This document shows, in pieces, positions 1 through 7,209 of a DNA stretch of 32,000 bases; within the stretch, counting starts at the first letter, position 1, and every line of letters begins with the position of its first letter. The DNA is from an uncultured Clostridia bacterium (GTDB taxonomy: Bacteria; Bacillota_I; Bacilli_A; RF39; UBA660): positions 94,491-126,490 of the forward strand of contig CAMJWT010000002.1 of NCBI GenBank assembly GCA_946409545.1, given 5' to 3'. The position numbers and the translations under genes were made by a program. Under the pieces are notes generated by a model. It was not told where the DNA came from and did not search any database. It saw only the letters and a list, made by a program, of their open reading frames with translations.

Positions 1-32
1 AAAGCTTTAATAACCCAATTTTTATTGTTCAT
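1..32 (-). CDS. 5' end of an unidentified gene that runs off the window (MNNKNWVIKA...)
   Basis: The reverse complement reads AAGGAGAAAGA-ATG-AAC-AAT-AAA-AAT-TGG..., a strong SD followed by ATG at 32..30. Only about 10 codons are visible, so no product can be assigned. Confidence 0.3.
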   Translation of the reverse strand, partial: MNNKNWVIKA

Positions 33-85
33 TCTTTCTCCTTGATTTATTAATTATATAAAAGAATAACTTTTTCGTCAAATCA

Positions 86-94
86 TGTTATAAT
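86..94 (+). promoter_or_regulatory. Extended -10 promoter element (TGtTATAAT) upstream of the first Big_2/SGNH gene
   Basis: TG at 86-87 and TATAAT at 89-94, about 17 nt upstream of the GGAG SD (101-104) and ATG 111. The -35 is weak. Confidence 0.4.
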
Positions 95-110
95 CGTATT
101 GGAGTAAGAT

Positions 111-1481
111 ATGAAAGATAAATTTAATATTATTATAGGAATTCTTATAGTACTATGTATTGTTATAATAGTATTTTTATTTATGGGTAATGATAATCCA
201 ATTGTTAATAATCCACCTACAATTAGTTTTAACGGTGGAGCGGTTGTGTTAAAAGTTGGAGAGAGTAAAGAATTAAAACCAGTGGTTACAAATCTTGATA
301 ATTATACAGTTACCTGGACTAGTTCTAATAATAATGTTGCAACGGTTAATAAAGGAATAGTTAATGCTATATCAAAGGGAAATTCTAGTATAACTGCGAA
401 ACTTGATGGCTATGATTTATCAGCAACGATGGTTGTTATTGTTAATGATATTGAACCAACAAGTATAACTTTAAGTAGTAATAAATTGGAATTAATCGAA
501 GGTGAAGAAGCAAGGCTAACTTATACAATTATGCCTGATAATGCAACCAATAAAGAAATAAAATGGGAAGTTAGTAACCAAGAAGTTATTAGTATTACAA
601 ATGATGTAGTACGTGCTTTAGCACCAGGAGAAGCAAGAATAACGATTAGAACAAGTAATGGTTATGTTGATACATGTGATGTTATAGTAAAAAGTAAAGA
701 AGTCTTTGTTCAAGAAATTAAATTTGATAAAGATTCTTATAGTTTGTATGTTGGTGATACCTTAAAGATTAATGCAACAATAATCCCTGATAACGCAACA
801 GATAAAACATTAACATGGTCAAGTAGTGATAAAAGTATAGTAACAGTAGATAATGGTCTTCTAAAAGGTATTAAAAAAGGAAATGCAACGATTAAAGCAA
901 CCGATAGTAAAGGTGTTGTAAGTCGTGAAGTAAATGTAACCGTTAATAAACATATTGTTAATGTTAATCCAAAAGAAATAACAATTATTGGTGACTCTAG
1001 AATGGTTGGATTATGTAAATATAAATGGTATAAAAATGAAGGTGGAACATGTGTATCTAAAGGTGCTATGGGATTTAAATGGTTACGTGATACCGCTATT
1101 CCTGAAGTTAATCGATTAAGTTCATCTAAAAAGAAAAATATAGTTACTAATTTAGGTGTTAATGATTTAGATAATATTGATAAATATATCGATAAATATC
1201 GTGAAATGGTAACAGGTGATTGGAAGAACTATCATGTCTTTATTCTTTCAGTTAATCCAACAAGTGGTTCAAGAGCAAATATGAATACGAGAATTGAATC
1301 ATTTAATAGTAAACTAAAGAGTAGTTTACAAAACTATTCTAATGTAACATATTGTGATAGTTATTCATATTTAAAGAAGAATGGCTTTGGATCAGGAGAT
1401 GGTGTTCATTATTATGAAAGTACTTCAAAAACGATCTATCAATTTATAAAAGATTGTGTATATAAATATTATAACGAGTAG
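111..1481 (+). CDS. Membrane-anchored surface protein: N-terminal TM anchor, three Big_2-type Ig-like repeats, C-terminal SGNH/GDSL-type hydrolase
   Basis: Hydrophobic N-terminus IIIGILIVLCIVIIVFLF. Three repeats of about 90 aa carry the Big_2 signatures (LxVGe...L...ilPdNATnK.v.W.SSn..vAtV...G.v.a...G.a.It). SGNH blocks are IIGDSRMVG (GDS), NLGVNDL (GxND) and GDGVHY (DxxH). Confidence 0.8.
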   Translation: MKDKFNIIIGILIVLCIVIIVFLFMGNDNPIVNNPPTISFNGGAVVLKVGESKELKPVVTNLDNYTVTWTSSNNNVATVNKGIVNAISKGNSSITAKLDGYDLSATMVVIVNDIEPTSITLSSNKLELIEGEEARLTYTIMPDNATNKEIKWEVSNQEVISITNDVVRALAPGEARITIRTSNGYVDTCDVIVKSKEVFVQEIKFDKDSYSLYVGDTLKINATIIPDNATDKTLTWSSSDKSIVTVDNGLLKGIKKGNATIKATDSKGVVSREVNVTVNKHIVNVNPKEITIIGDSRMVGLCKYKWYKNEGGTCVSKGAMGFKWLRDTAIPEVNRLSSSKKKNIVTNLGVNDLDNIDKYIDKYREMVTGDWKNYHVFILSVNPTSGSRANMNTRIESFNSKLKSSLQNYSNVTYCDSYSYLKKNGFGSGDGVHYYESTSKTIYQFIKDCVYKYYNE

Positions 1482-1497
1482 AAATACTCGTTTTTTT
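1475..1497 (+). terminator. Intrinsic terminator
   Basis: CGAGTA-gaaa-TACTCG hairpin overlapping the stop codon, followed by T7. Confidence 0.7.
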
Positions 1498-1532
1498 ATA
1501 AAATATGATATACTTTTTATAGTAGGTGATTT

Positions 1533-3674
1533 ATGAAAAAAATCGAATTACTTAGTCCCGCTGGTAATATGGAAAGTTTAATTGCTGCCGTAGAAGCAGG
1601 ATGTGATGCTGTATACCTTGGAGGGACTCTTTTTGGAGCTCGTGCTTTTGCAGGTAATTTTAATAATGATGAATTAGTTGAAGCTATTAAATATTGTCAT
1701 TCTTATGGAGTTAAAGTATATGTAACAACTAATATTTTAATATATGAACATGAAGTAGATCATTTTATGGAATATATTGATTTCTTACATAAAAATAATG
1801 TTGATGCCGTTCTTATTCAAGATCTTGGAATGTTAGATTTAGTTCATAAAACATATCCTAATTTAGAATGTCATGCATCAACCCAAATGCATATTCATAA
1901 TCTAGATGGTGTTATAATGGCAAATAAACTAGGATGTAAAAGAGTAGTACTTGCTCGTGAAACACCAATTGAAGTTGTAAAAGAAATTATTGAAAAGACT
2001 AATGTTGATATAGAAATATTTGCGCATGGGGCATTATGTGTTAGTTATTCAGGACAATGCTTGTTCTCTAGTTTAATAGGTAATAGAAGTGGTAATAGAG
2101 GAAGTTGTGTTGGAAGTTGTAGATTACCATATAAAATAGTTAATAAAGATAATAAAAAATTAAATGATGGTGATTATCCATTAAGTATGAAAGACTTAAA
2201 TACCTTAGAGTATGTAGGGGAACTAATCGAAGCTGGTGTAACTAGTTTAAAGATTGAGGGAAGAATGAAAAGTCCTGAATATGTTTATACTGTAACAAAG
2301 TTATATCGAGAAGCTATTGATAGTTATTATGAAAAAAAAGAAGTCTTTATTGATAAAAAGGAACTAAATAACTTACAAAAACTATTTAGTAGAGGTTTTA
2401 CTAAAGGATATTTATTTAATGAAAAAATAGATAATATTTTAAATACCCAAAGACCTAATCATCAAGGTATATATATTGGTAAAATAGTTAATTACAGTAA
2501 TAATTTTGTTAGTTTAAAACTAGCTAGTGATGTATCAATTAATGATGGCTTAAGAATTGTTCTTGATGATGAAGACTACGGTTTAATATTAAATGAATTT
2601 TACATCAATAAAAAATTAGTTAAAGAAGCTCATTCTTCTGATACGATATCATTTAAAGTAAATAAAAAGATTCCTATTAATAGTAAAGTACTACTAACTA
2701 AAGATTCTAAATTAGTAAAGACAATTGATGATATAATCAAAAAACATGAAAGAAAAGTACCAGTAACATGTATTGTTAATATCAAAAAGAATGAACCCTT
2801 AACAATGTTTATTACAGATTATAATAATTGTCTTTATGTATATGGAAAGACTATTGAAGAATCTAAAAATAGACCTATATTATATGAAGATATATTAAGT
2901 AAAATGAATAAGATTAATGACACGATATATTGTTATGATAATTTAAAAATTAATCTTGATGAAAATGTGTTTTTATCATATAAAGATTTAAATGATTTAA
3001 GACATCAATTATTTATGGAATTAGATAAATGTCGTTTATATAAATCCAATTATCAAAAAAATGAATATAGTATTTCTCTAGTAGATTATCCACATGAAGA
3101 ATTAAGAAGTGTTTTGGTAAGTAAAAATGATAATTATAAATATGATATTATCTATTCTGAAAGTGATGATAGTGGTATTAGAAAACTACCAAAAGTTATT
3201 AATAATTATCAAGAATATGATAATAATAAAGAATACTTAGTAGGTGAATTAGGAGCAATAAATTATATTAAGAATTTCTCTTGTGATTATTCTTTTAATG
3301 TAACTAATTCATATACTTTGGCGCTACTTCATTCATTAAGTGCTAAAAGAGTAACGTTATCAGTAGAACTTTCAAGTAAACAAATTGAAAATATTATTAA
3401 TGGTTATATAAAACGTTATAATAAGAAACCAAATGTTGAAGTAATCGTTTCTAGTTATCGAGAAGTTATGTGCTTAAAAACAAATTTAAATAAAATATAT
3501 AATGAAGATGAATTATATTTAGTAGATCGTTTTAATAATAAATATCGAATTAGAGATTATAATGGACTATCATATATTTATGAATATAAGAAGTTTAATG
3601 ATAATTATAATTATTATGATATTGGTGTTAATGTTTTAAGAGATGAAAAAGTGATAGGTGATTATTATGGATAA
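1533..3674 (+). CDS. Long-form peptidase U32 family protein (PrtC/YhbU-YegQ-like; the family includes RNA-hydroxylation factors RlhA/TrhP)
   Basis: The N-terminus MKKIELLSPAGNMESLIAAVEAGCDAVYLGG...FGARAFAGNF is the characteristic U32 start. Also present are the cysteine-rich GALCVSYSGQCLFSS...GNRGSCVGSCR motif and EGRMKSPEYV. The 713-aa length fits the fused long form with a C-terminal extension. Confidence 0.85.
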   Translation: MKKIELLSPAGNMESLIAAVEAGCDAVYLGGTLFGARAFAGNFNNDELVEAIKYCHSYGVKVYVTTNILIYEHEVDHFMEYIDFLHKNNVDAVLIQDLGMLDLVHKTYPNLECHASTQMHIHNLDGVIMANKLGCKRVVLARETPIEVVKEIIEKTNVDIEIFAHGALCVSYSGQCLFSSLIGNRSGNRGSCVGSCRLPYKIVNKDNKKLNDGDYPLSMKDLNTLEYVGELIEAGVTSLKIEGRMKSPEYVYTVTKLYREAIDSYYEKKEVFIDKKELNNLQKLFSRGFTKGYLFNEKIDNILNTQRPNHQGIYIGKIVNYSNNFVSLKLASDVSINDGLRIVLDDEDYGLILNEFYINKKLVKEAHSSDTISFKVNKKIPINSKVLLTKDSKLVKTIDDIIKKHERKVPVTCIVNIKKNEPLTMFITDYNNCLYVYGKTIEESKNRPILYEDILSKMNKINDTIYCYDNLKINLDENVFLSYKDLNDLRHQLFMELDKCRLYKSNYQKNEYSISLVDYPHEELRSVLVSKNDNYKYDIIYSESDDSGIRKLPKVINNYQEYDNNKEYLVGELGAINYIKNFSCDYSFNVTNSYTLALLHSLSAKRVTLSVELSSKQIENIINGYIKRYNKKPNVEVIVSSYREVMCLKTNLNKIYNEDELYLVDRFNNKYRIRDYNGLSYIYEYKKFNDNYNYYDIGVNVLRDEKVIGDYYG

Positions 3675-5400
3675 TAATAATTCAAATAGATTATCAAGTA
3701 TTATACCAATAGCATTAATAGTCATAATAATTATCGTTAGCTTATTTGCTTTTAATGTTATACCAAGTCCATTTAGTAAAAATAATATAAGCAATGATAT
3801 TACTTTTAAAGAAAAATCTATTAGATTAAAAAAAGATTCTAGTTATCAATTAGTTTTAACAAGTAATGATGGTAGAGTTAAATATAAAAGTAGTAACTCT
3901 AATATTGTAAAAGTAAATGAAAATACTGGTTATATAACAGGAGTTAGTGATGGAACTGCTGTTATTACAGCTTATCTTGATGATAAAGAATTAGATAGAT
4001 GTACCATTGAAGTATATTCACCAACTAATGTTATTAATGTTAAAAGTGTTTCCATAAGTCCAACAAAATTAAGTTTATATGTTGGCGAGTCAGAAAGATT
4101 AAAAGTAGCAATATTACCAAGTAATGCCACAGAAAAAAAATTATATTGGTCAACAAGTAATGAAAAAGTAGTAACTGTTGATAATAATGGTAATGTTAAA
4201 GCAATTGGTACAGGAACCGCATATATAACTGTTAGATCAGCAAGTAATGTTAGTGCTAATTGTATGGTAACAGTATCTAAAAAAACATCAAGTTCTCCAA
4301 CTACAAAATATAAGTTATCTTATAATGCTAATGGTGGTAGTGTAAATCCTTCTAGTAAAACATTAAATAAAGGAGATAAGTATGGTACCCTTCCAACACC
4401 AGTAAGAAGTGGCTATACTTTTGAAGGATGGTATACAGAGAAGAATGGTGGAACAAAAGTAAGTTCAAATACCATAATTAATAGTAATGTAATAATTTAC
4501 GCTCATTGGAAAAAAGCATCATCTCCAACTACTAAATATACTTTAACTTATAATGCTAATGGTGGTAAGGTAACTCCTGCTAGTAAAACGCTAAATAAGG
4601 GTAGTAAATATGGAACATTACCAACACCAACAAGAAGTGGCTATACTTTTAATGGATGGTATACAGAGAAGGATGGTGGAACAAAAGTAAGTTCAAATAC
4701 CATAATTAATAGTAATGTAACAATTTATGCTCATTGGAAGAAAAATAATACATCTATTACCAAAAATAAAACAGCTCTATTTGTGGGTGACTCTATCACT
4801 TATGGAAAAGATGGCCATTATTCATGGGCTAATTATATAGGTGAACATTACGATTTAAAGAAAACCGTAAATGCAGGCTTATCTGGTGGTGTTTTCTCAA
4901 CCTTTAGAGGTGAATTATGGCTTGTAGATGTTGTTAAAAAATATAAAGGAACAAGTTATGATTATGTTATTATGCATGGTGGTATTAATGATATTGCATT
5001 AGTTGCTAAAAGAGGAGAACCAAAAGGTAGTTATAAAGATAATGATTTTAGTGGTAATTATAATATCAATACCTTTATAGGTGGTCTTGAAACATATATT
5101 TATACTGTTAAGAAACAATGGCCTAATGCTAAAATTGGTTATATTATTAATTATCGTACGCCAGCAGATAAAGCTGTTGATCCTATTTCATCAGAGTATT
5201 ATTCAATAATTAAAAAAGTATGTAAAAAATGGAATATTAAATATATTGATCTATATTCAGGTAAAAATTCTAGTGGTGTAAAATATAGTGATTTATTAAA
5301 AGTTAGTACAAATACATATATATCAGATGGAATTCATTTAAATAGAGCAGGTTATAATGTTATTTCACCATATATTTATTCATGGATGAAAACTTTATAA
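3667..5400 (+). CDS. Membrane-anchored surface protein: TM anchor, two Big_2 repeats, two Listeria-Bacteroides (Flg_new-type) repeats, C-terminal SGNH hydrolase
   Basis: The ORF track starts at GTG 3658. ATG 3667 has an AGGTGA SD 5 nt upstream and overlaps the U32 stop (ATGGATAA). Big_2 signatures are LPSNATEKKLYWSTSNEKVVTVDNNGNVKAIGTGTAYITV. Two units YNANGG...GYTFxGWYTEKxGGTKV are typical of Flg_new repeats. SGNH blocks are FVGDSITYG, HGGINDI and SDGIHLN. Confidence 0.8.
   Translation: MDNNNSNRLSSIIPIALIVIIIIVSLFAFNVIPSPFSKNNISNDITFKEKSIRLKKDSSYQLVLTSNDGRVKYKSSNSNIVKVNENTGYITGVSDGTAVITAYLDDKELDRCTIEVYSPTNVINVKSVSISPTKLSLYVGESERLKVAILPSNATEKKLYWSTSNEKVVTVDNNGNVKAIGTGTAYITVRSASNVSANCMVTVSKKTSSSPTTKYKLSYNANGGSVNPSSKTLNKGDKYGTLPTPVRSGYTFEGWYTEKNGGTKVSSNTIINSNVIIYAHWKKASSPTTKYTLTYNANGGKVTPASKTLNKGSKYGTLPTPTRSGYTFNGWYTEKDGGTKVSSNTIINSNVTIYAHWKKNNTSITKNKTALFVGDSITYGKDGHYSWANYIGEHYDLKKTVNAGLSGGVFSTFRGELWLVDVVKKYKGTSYDYVIMHGGINDIALVAKRGEPKGSYKDNDFSGNYNINTFIGGLETYIYTVKKQWPNAKIGYIINYRTPADKAVDPISSEYYSIIKKVCKKWNIKYIDLYSGKNSSGVKYSDLLKVSTNTYISDGIHLNRAGYNVISPYIYSWMKTL
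4291..4746 (+). repeat. In-frame tandem duplication, 2 x 228 bp (2 x 76 aa), inside the CDS
   Basis: Copy 1 is about 4291-4518 and copy 2 about 4519-4746. The 3' halves are nearly identical, e.g. agaagtggctatactttt..ggatggtatacagagaag.atggtggaacaaaagtaagttcaaataccataattaatagtaatgtaa. Confidence 0.85.
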
Positions 5401-5413
5401 AAAGGAGGAAGAT

Positions 5414-7054
5414 ATGAAGAATAAATTAAATGTCATAATTGCAATTCTTGCAACATTATGTGTCGGTTTATCTTTATATTTACTCTTAGGCAAAGATAGT
5501 ATTATAAAGCCTAATCCTACTATTACTCTTAATAGAGGAACAATTATTTTAAAAATAGGGGAAGAAGAAACATTAAAACCTATTGTAGAAAATCTTGATA
5601 ATTATACATTAGAATGGACAAGTAGTAATAATAATGTTGCAACCGTTATAGATGGAACTATAAGAGCTGTTAATAAAGGAAGTTCTTTAATAACCGTTAA
5701 AATAAAAGACTATGATGTATCTACAAGTGTTAATGTTATTGTTAATGAAATAGAACCAGAAAGTATCAAATTAGATACTAATTTATTAGAATTAACCGTT
5801 GATGATACATATGAGTTTAGTTATACTTTACTTCCTGAAAATGTAACAAATAAAGAAGTAAGATGGGAAGTTAGTGATAATAGTTTAGTTTCATTTGATA
5901 ATGGAAAATTAACTGCAATTAAAAGTGGTGTCTTAAGTATTCGTGTTATTGCTAGTAACGGTATTAAAGATACATGTAATATTTTAATAAAAGATAAAGT
6001 TATACCTGTAGAGGAAATAACTATTGAAAAAGATAGTTACGAATTAAAAATTGGTGATAGCATTACTATTAAACCATCGATTAGTCCATCTAATGCCACA
6101 GATAAAACTCTTATATGGGAAAGTAGTGACCCAAGTATTGCAACAGTATCTAAAGGAGTTATTAAAGCTATTAAACAAGGTAGTGTTACAATAACAGTAA
6201 GTGATAGTACTAAACAAGTTACTAAAAGTATCAATGTTACAGTAACACCAAAGAGTCAAAAAATTCACTTTATTAAACAAAGTGTTGTAAAAGCTGATGC
6301 TGGAGATGCTATTCTAATTGAATCAGATGGCAAATTTGCAATGGTTGATACAGGTCTTAATACAACAGGAGATAATACTTTTGTATATAACTATTTAAAA
6401 AGTGTTGGTGTTAAAGAATTAGAATTTATTTTAATAACCCATTGTCATGATGATCATATAGGTGGTGTTGTATCACTAGTTAATAGTGGTATTAAAATAA
6501 ATAGATTTTATATAAAGACATATATTGGTAAAGATGGTAATAGTGGAACTAATTCTAAATTGTATAAAAATGCTATTAATGCTATGAAAAGTAAAAATGT
6601 TCCTATAACTTATATTGATCAATCATTTAGAGATGGTAGTGCAATTCAATTTGGAAGTATGAATATAAAGTTATATAACACTGTTCAAAGAATGAATGAA
6701 AAAAGATTTTTACATGGCAATGAAAATAATAATTCAGTAATGGAATTAGTAATGATAAATAATTATAAAGTATTTTTACCAGGAGATTCATATAATGGTT
6801 CTATTATGGGCGAAATAATTAGTAAAATAGGGTCAGTTGATGTTTTAAAGTTACCTCATCATGGTTATGCAACATGTTCTCTTAATTCTGAAAAAGCAGC
6901 AAGATTAAATCCTAAATATATCATTGTTACTAATTCTAAGATAAATGCTTGTCGCAGTAACTTTAATAGTAGCATTCCAACATATTACACAAGAGCATCT
7001 AGTAAGAATGCAATTGTTGTAGATTTGACTAATAAAATAAGAATAGAAAGTTAA
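5414..7054 (+). CDS. Membrane-anchored surface protein: TM anchor, three Big_2 repeats, C-terminal metallo-beta-lactamase-fold hydrolase (ComEC-C-terminal-like)
   Basis: The N-terminal 280 aa are collinear with, and about half identical by eye to, the 111-1481 product. The MBL motifs are DAGDAILIESDGKFAMVDTG, ITHCHDDHIGG (HxHxDH) and LKLPHHG. Confidence 0.8.
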   Translation: MKNKLNVIIAILATLCVGLSLYLLLGKDSIIKPNPTITLNRGTIILKIGEEETLKPIVENLDNYTLEWTSSNNNVATVIDGTIRAVNKGSSLITVKIKDYDVSTSVNVIVNEIEPESIKLDTNLLELTVDDTYEFSYTLLPENVTNKEVRWEVSDNSLVSFDNGKLTAIKSGVLSIRVIASNGIKDTCNILIKDKVIPVEEITIEKDSYELKIGDSITIKPSISPSNATDKTLIWESSDPSIATVSKGVIKAIKQGSVTITVSDSTKQVTKSINVTVTPKSQKIHFIKQSVVKADAGDAILIESDGKFAMVDTGLNTTGDNTFVYNYLKSVGVKELEFILITHCHDDHIGGVVSLVNSGIKINRFYIKTYIGKDGNSGTNSKLYKNAINAMKSKNVPITYIDQSFRDGSAIQFGSMNIKLYNTVQRMNEKRFLHGNENNNSVMELVMINNYKVFLPGDSYNGSIMGEIISKIGSVDVLKLPHHGYATCSLNSEKAARLNPKYIIVTNSKINACRSNFNSSIPTYYTRASSKNAIVVDLTNKIRIES

Positions 7055-7064
7055 TTTTGAAAGA

Positions 7065-7090
7065 AGATTGTATAGTTTACAGTCTTTTTT
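7065..7090 (+). terminator. Intrinsic terminator
   Basis: AGATTGTA-tagtt-TACAGTCT hairpin (one G-U pair) followed by T5-6. Confidence 0.65.
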
Positions 7091-7106
7091 ATTGCTTTTT
7101 TATATC

Positions 7107-7142
7107 TATCCAATTATAATAATTAACCTGTATCCAATTATA
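7107..7142 (+). repeat. Two direct copies of TATCCAATTATA, 24 bp apart start to start, just upstream of a consensus promoter
   Basis: Exact 12-mers at 7107-7118 and 7131-7142. Confidence 0.6.
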
Positions 7143-7153
7143 TTATATTTTGG

Positions 7154-7182
7154 TTGACATTTTTGGACATATATAGTATAAT
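7154..7182 (+). promoter_or_regulatory. Consensus sigma-A-type promoter (TTGACA - 17 nt - TATAAT)
   Basis: TTGACA at 7154-7159, a 17-nt spacer, and TATAAT at 7177-7182. Both hexamers match the consensus perfectly. Confidence 0.8.
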
Positions 7183-7209
7183 ATGCAAACTGATGGGGGA
7201 ATGATTTTT

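Noticed and set aside
1475-1497. The same GAGTAGAAATACTC terminator core at 1476-1489 and 27838-27851, considered as a dispersed REP-like element.
   Set aside because: Only 14 nt are shared. Both copies arise from a Glu-stop (GAG TAG) codon pair plus a GAAA tetraloop hairpin. Two copies of a short AT-rich hairpin are compatible with convergence.
6037-6280. Antisense ORFs of 65 and 78 aa inside the Big_2/MBL gene. Similar antisense ORFs lie at 12120-12302, 13098-13283, 19625-19834, 27920-28120 and 30121-30345.
   Set aside because: Each lies fully within a well-supported gene on the other strand. None has an SD. Their composition is Cys/Leu/Ile/Ser-rich, as expected when AT-rich coding DNA is read backwards.
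7183-7209. Longer N-terminal extensions given by the ORF track: 7183, and also 3658, 14431, 15777, 20542 and 24448.
   Set aside because: In each case the upstream start overlaps a -10 box or lacks an SD, and an in-frame ATG a few codons downstream has a well-spaced SD. The true starts remain unverified.
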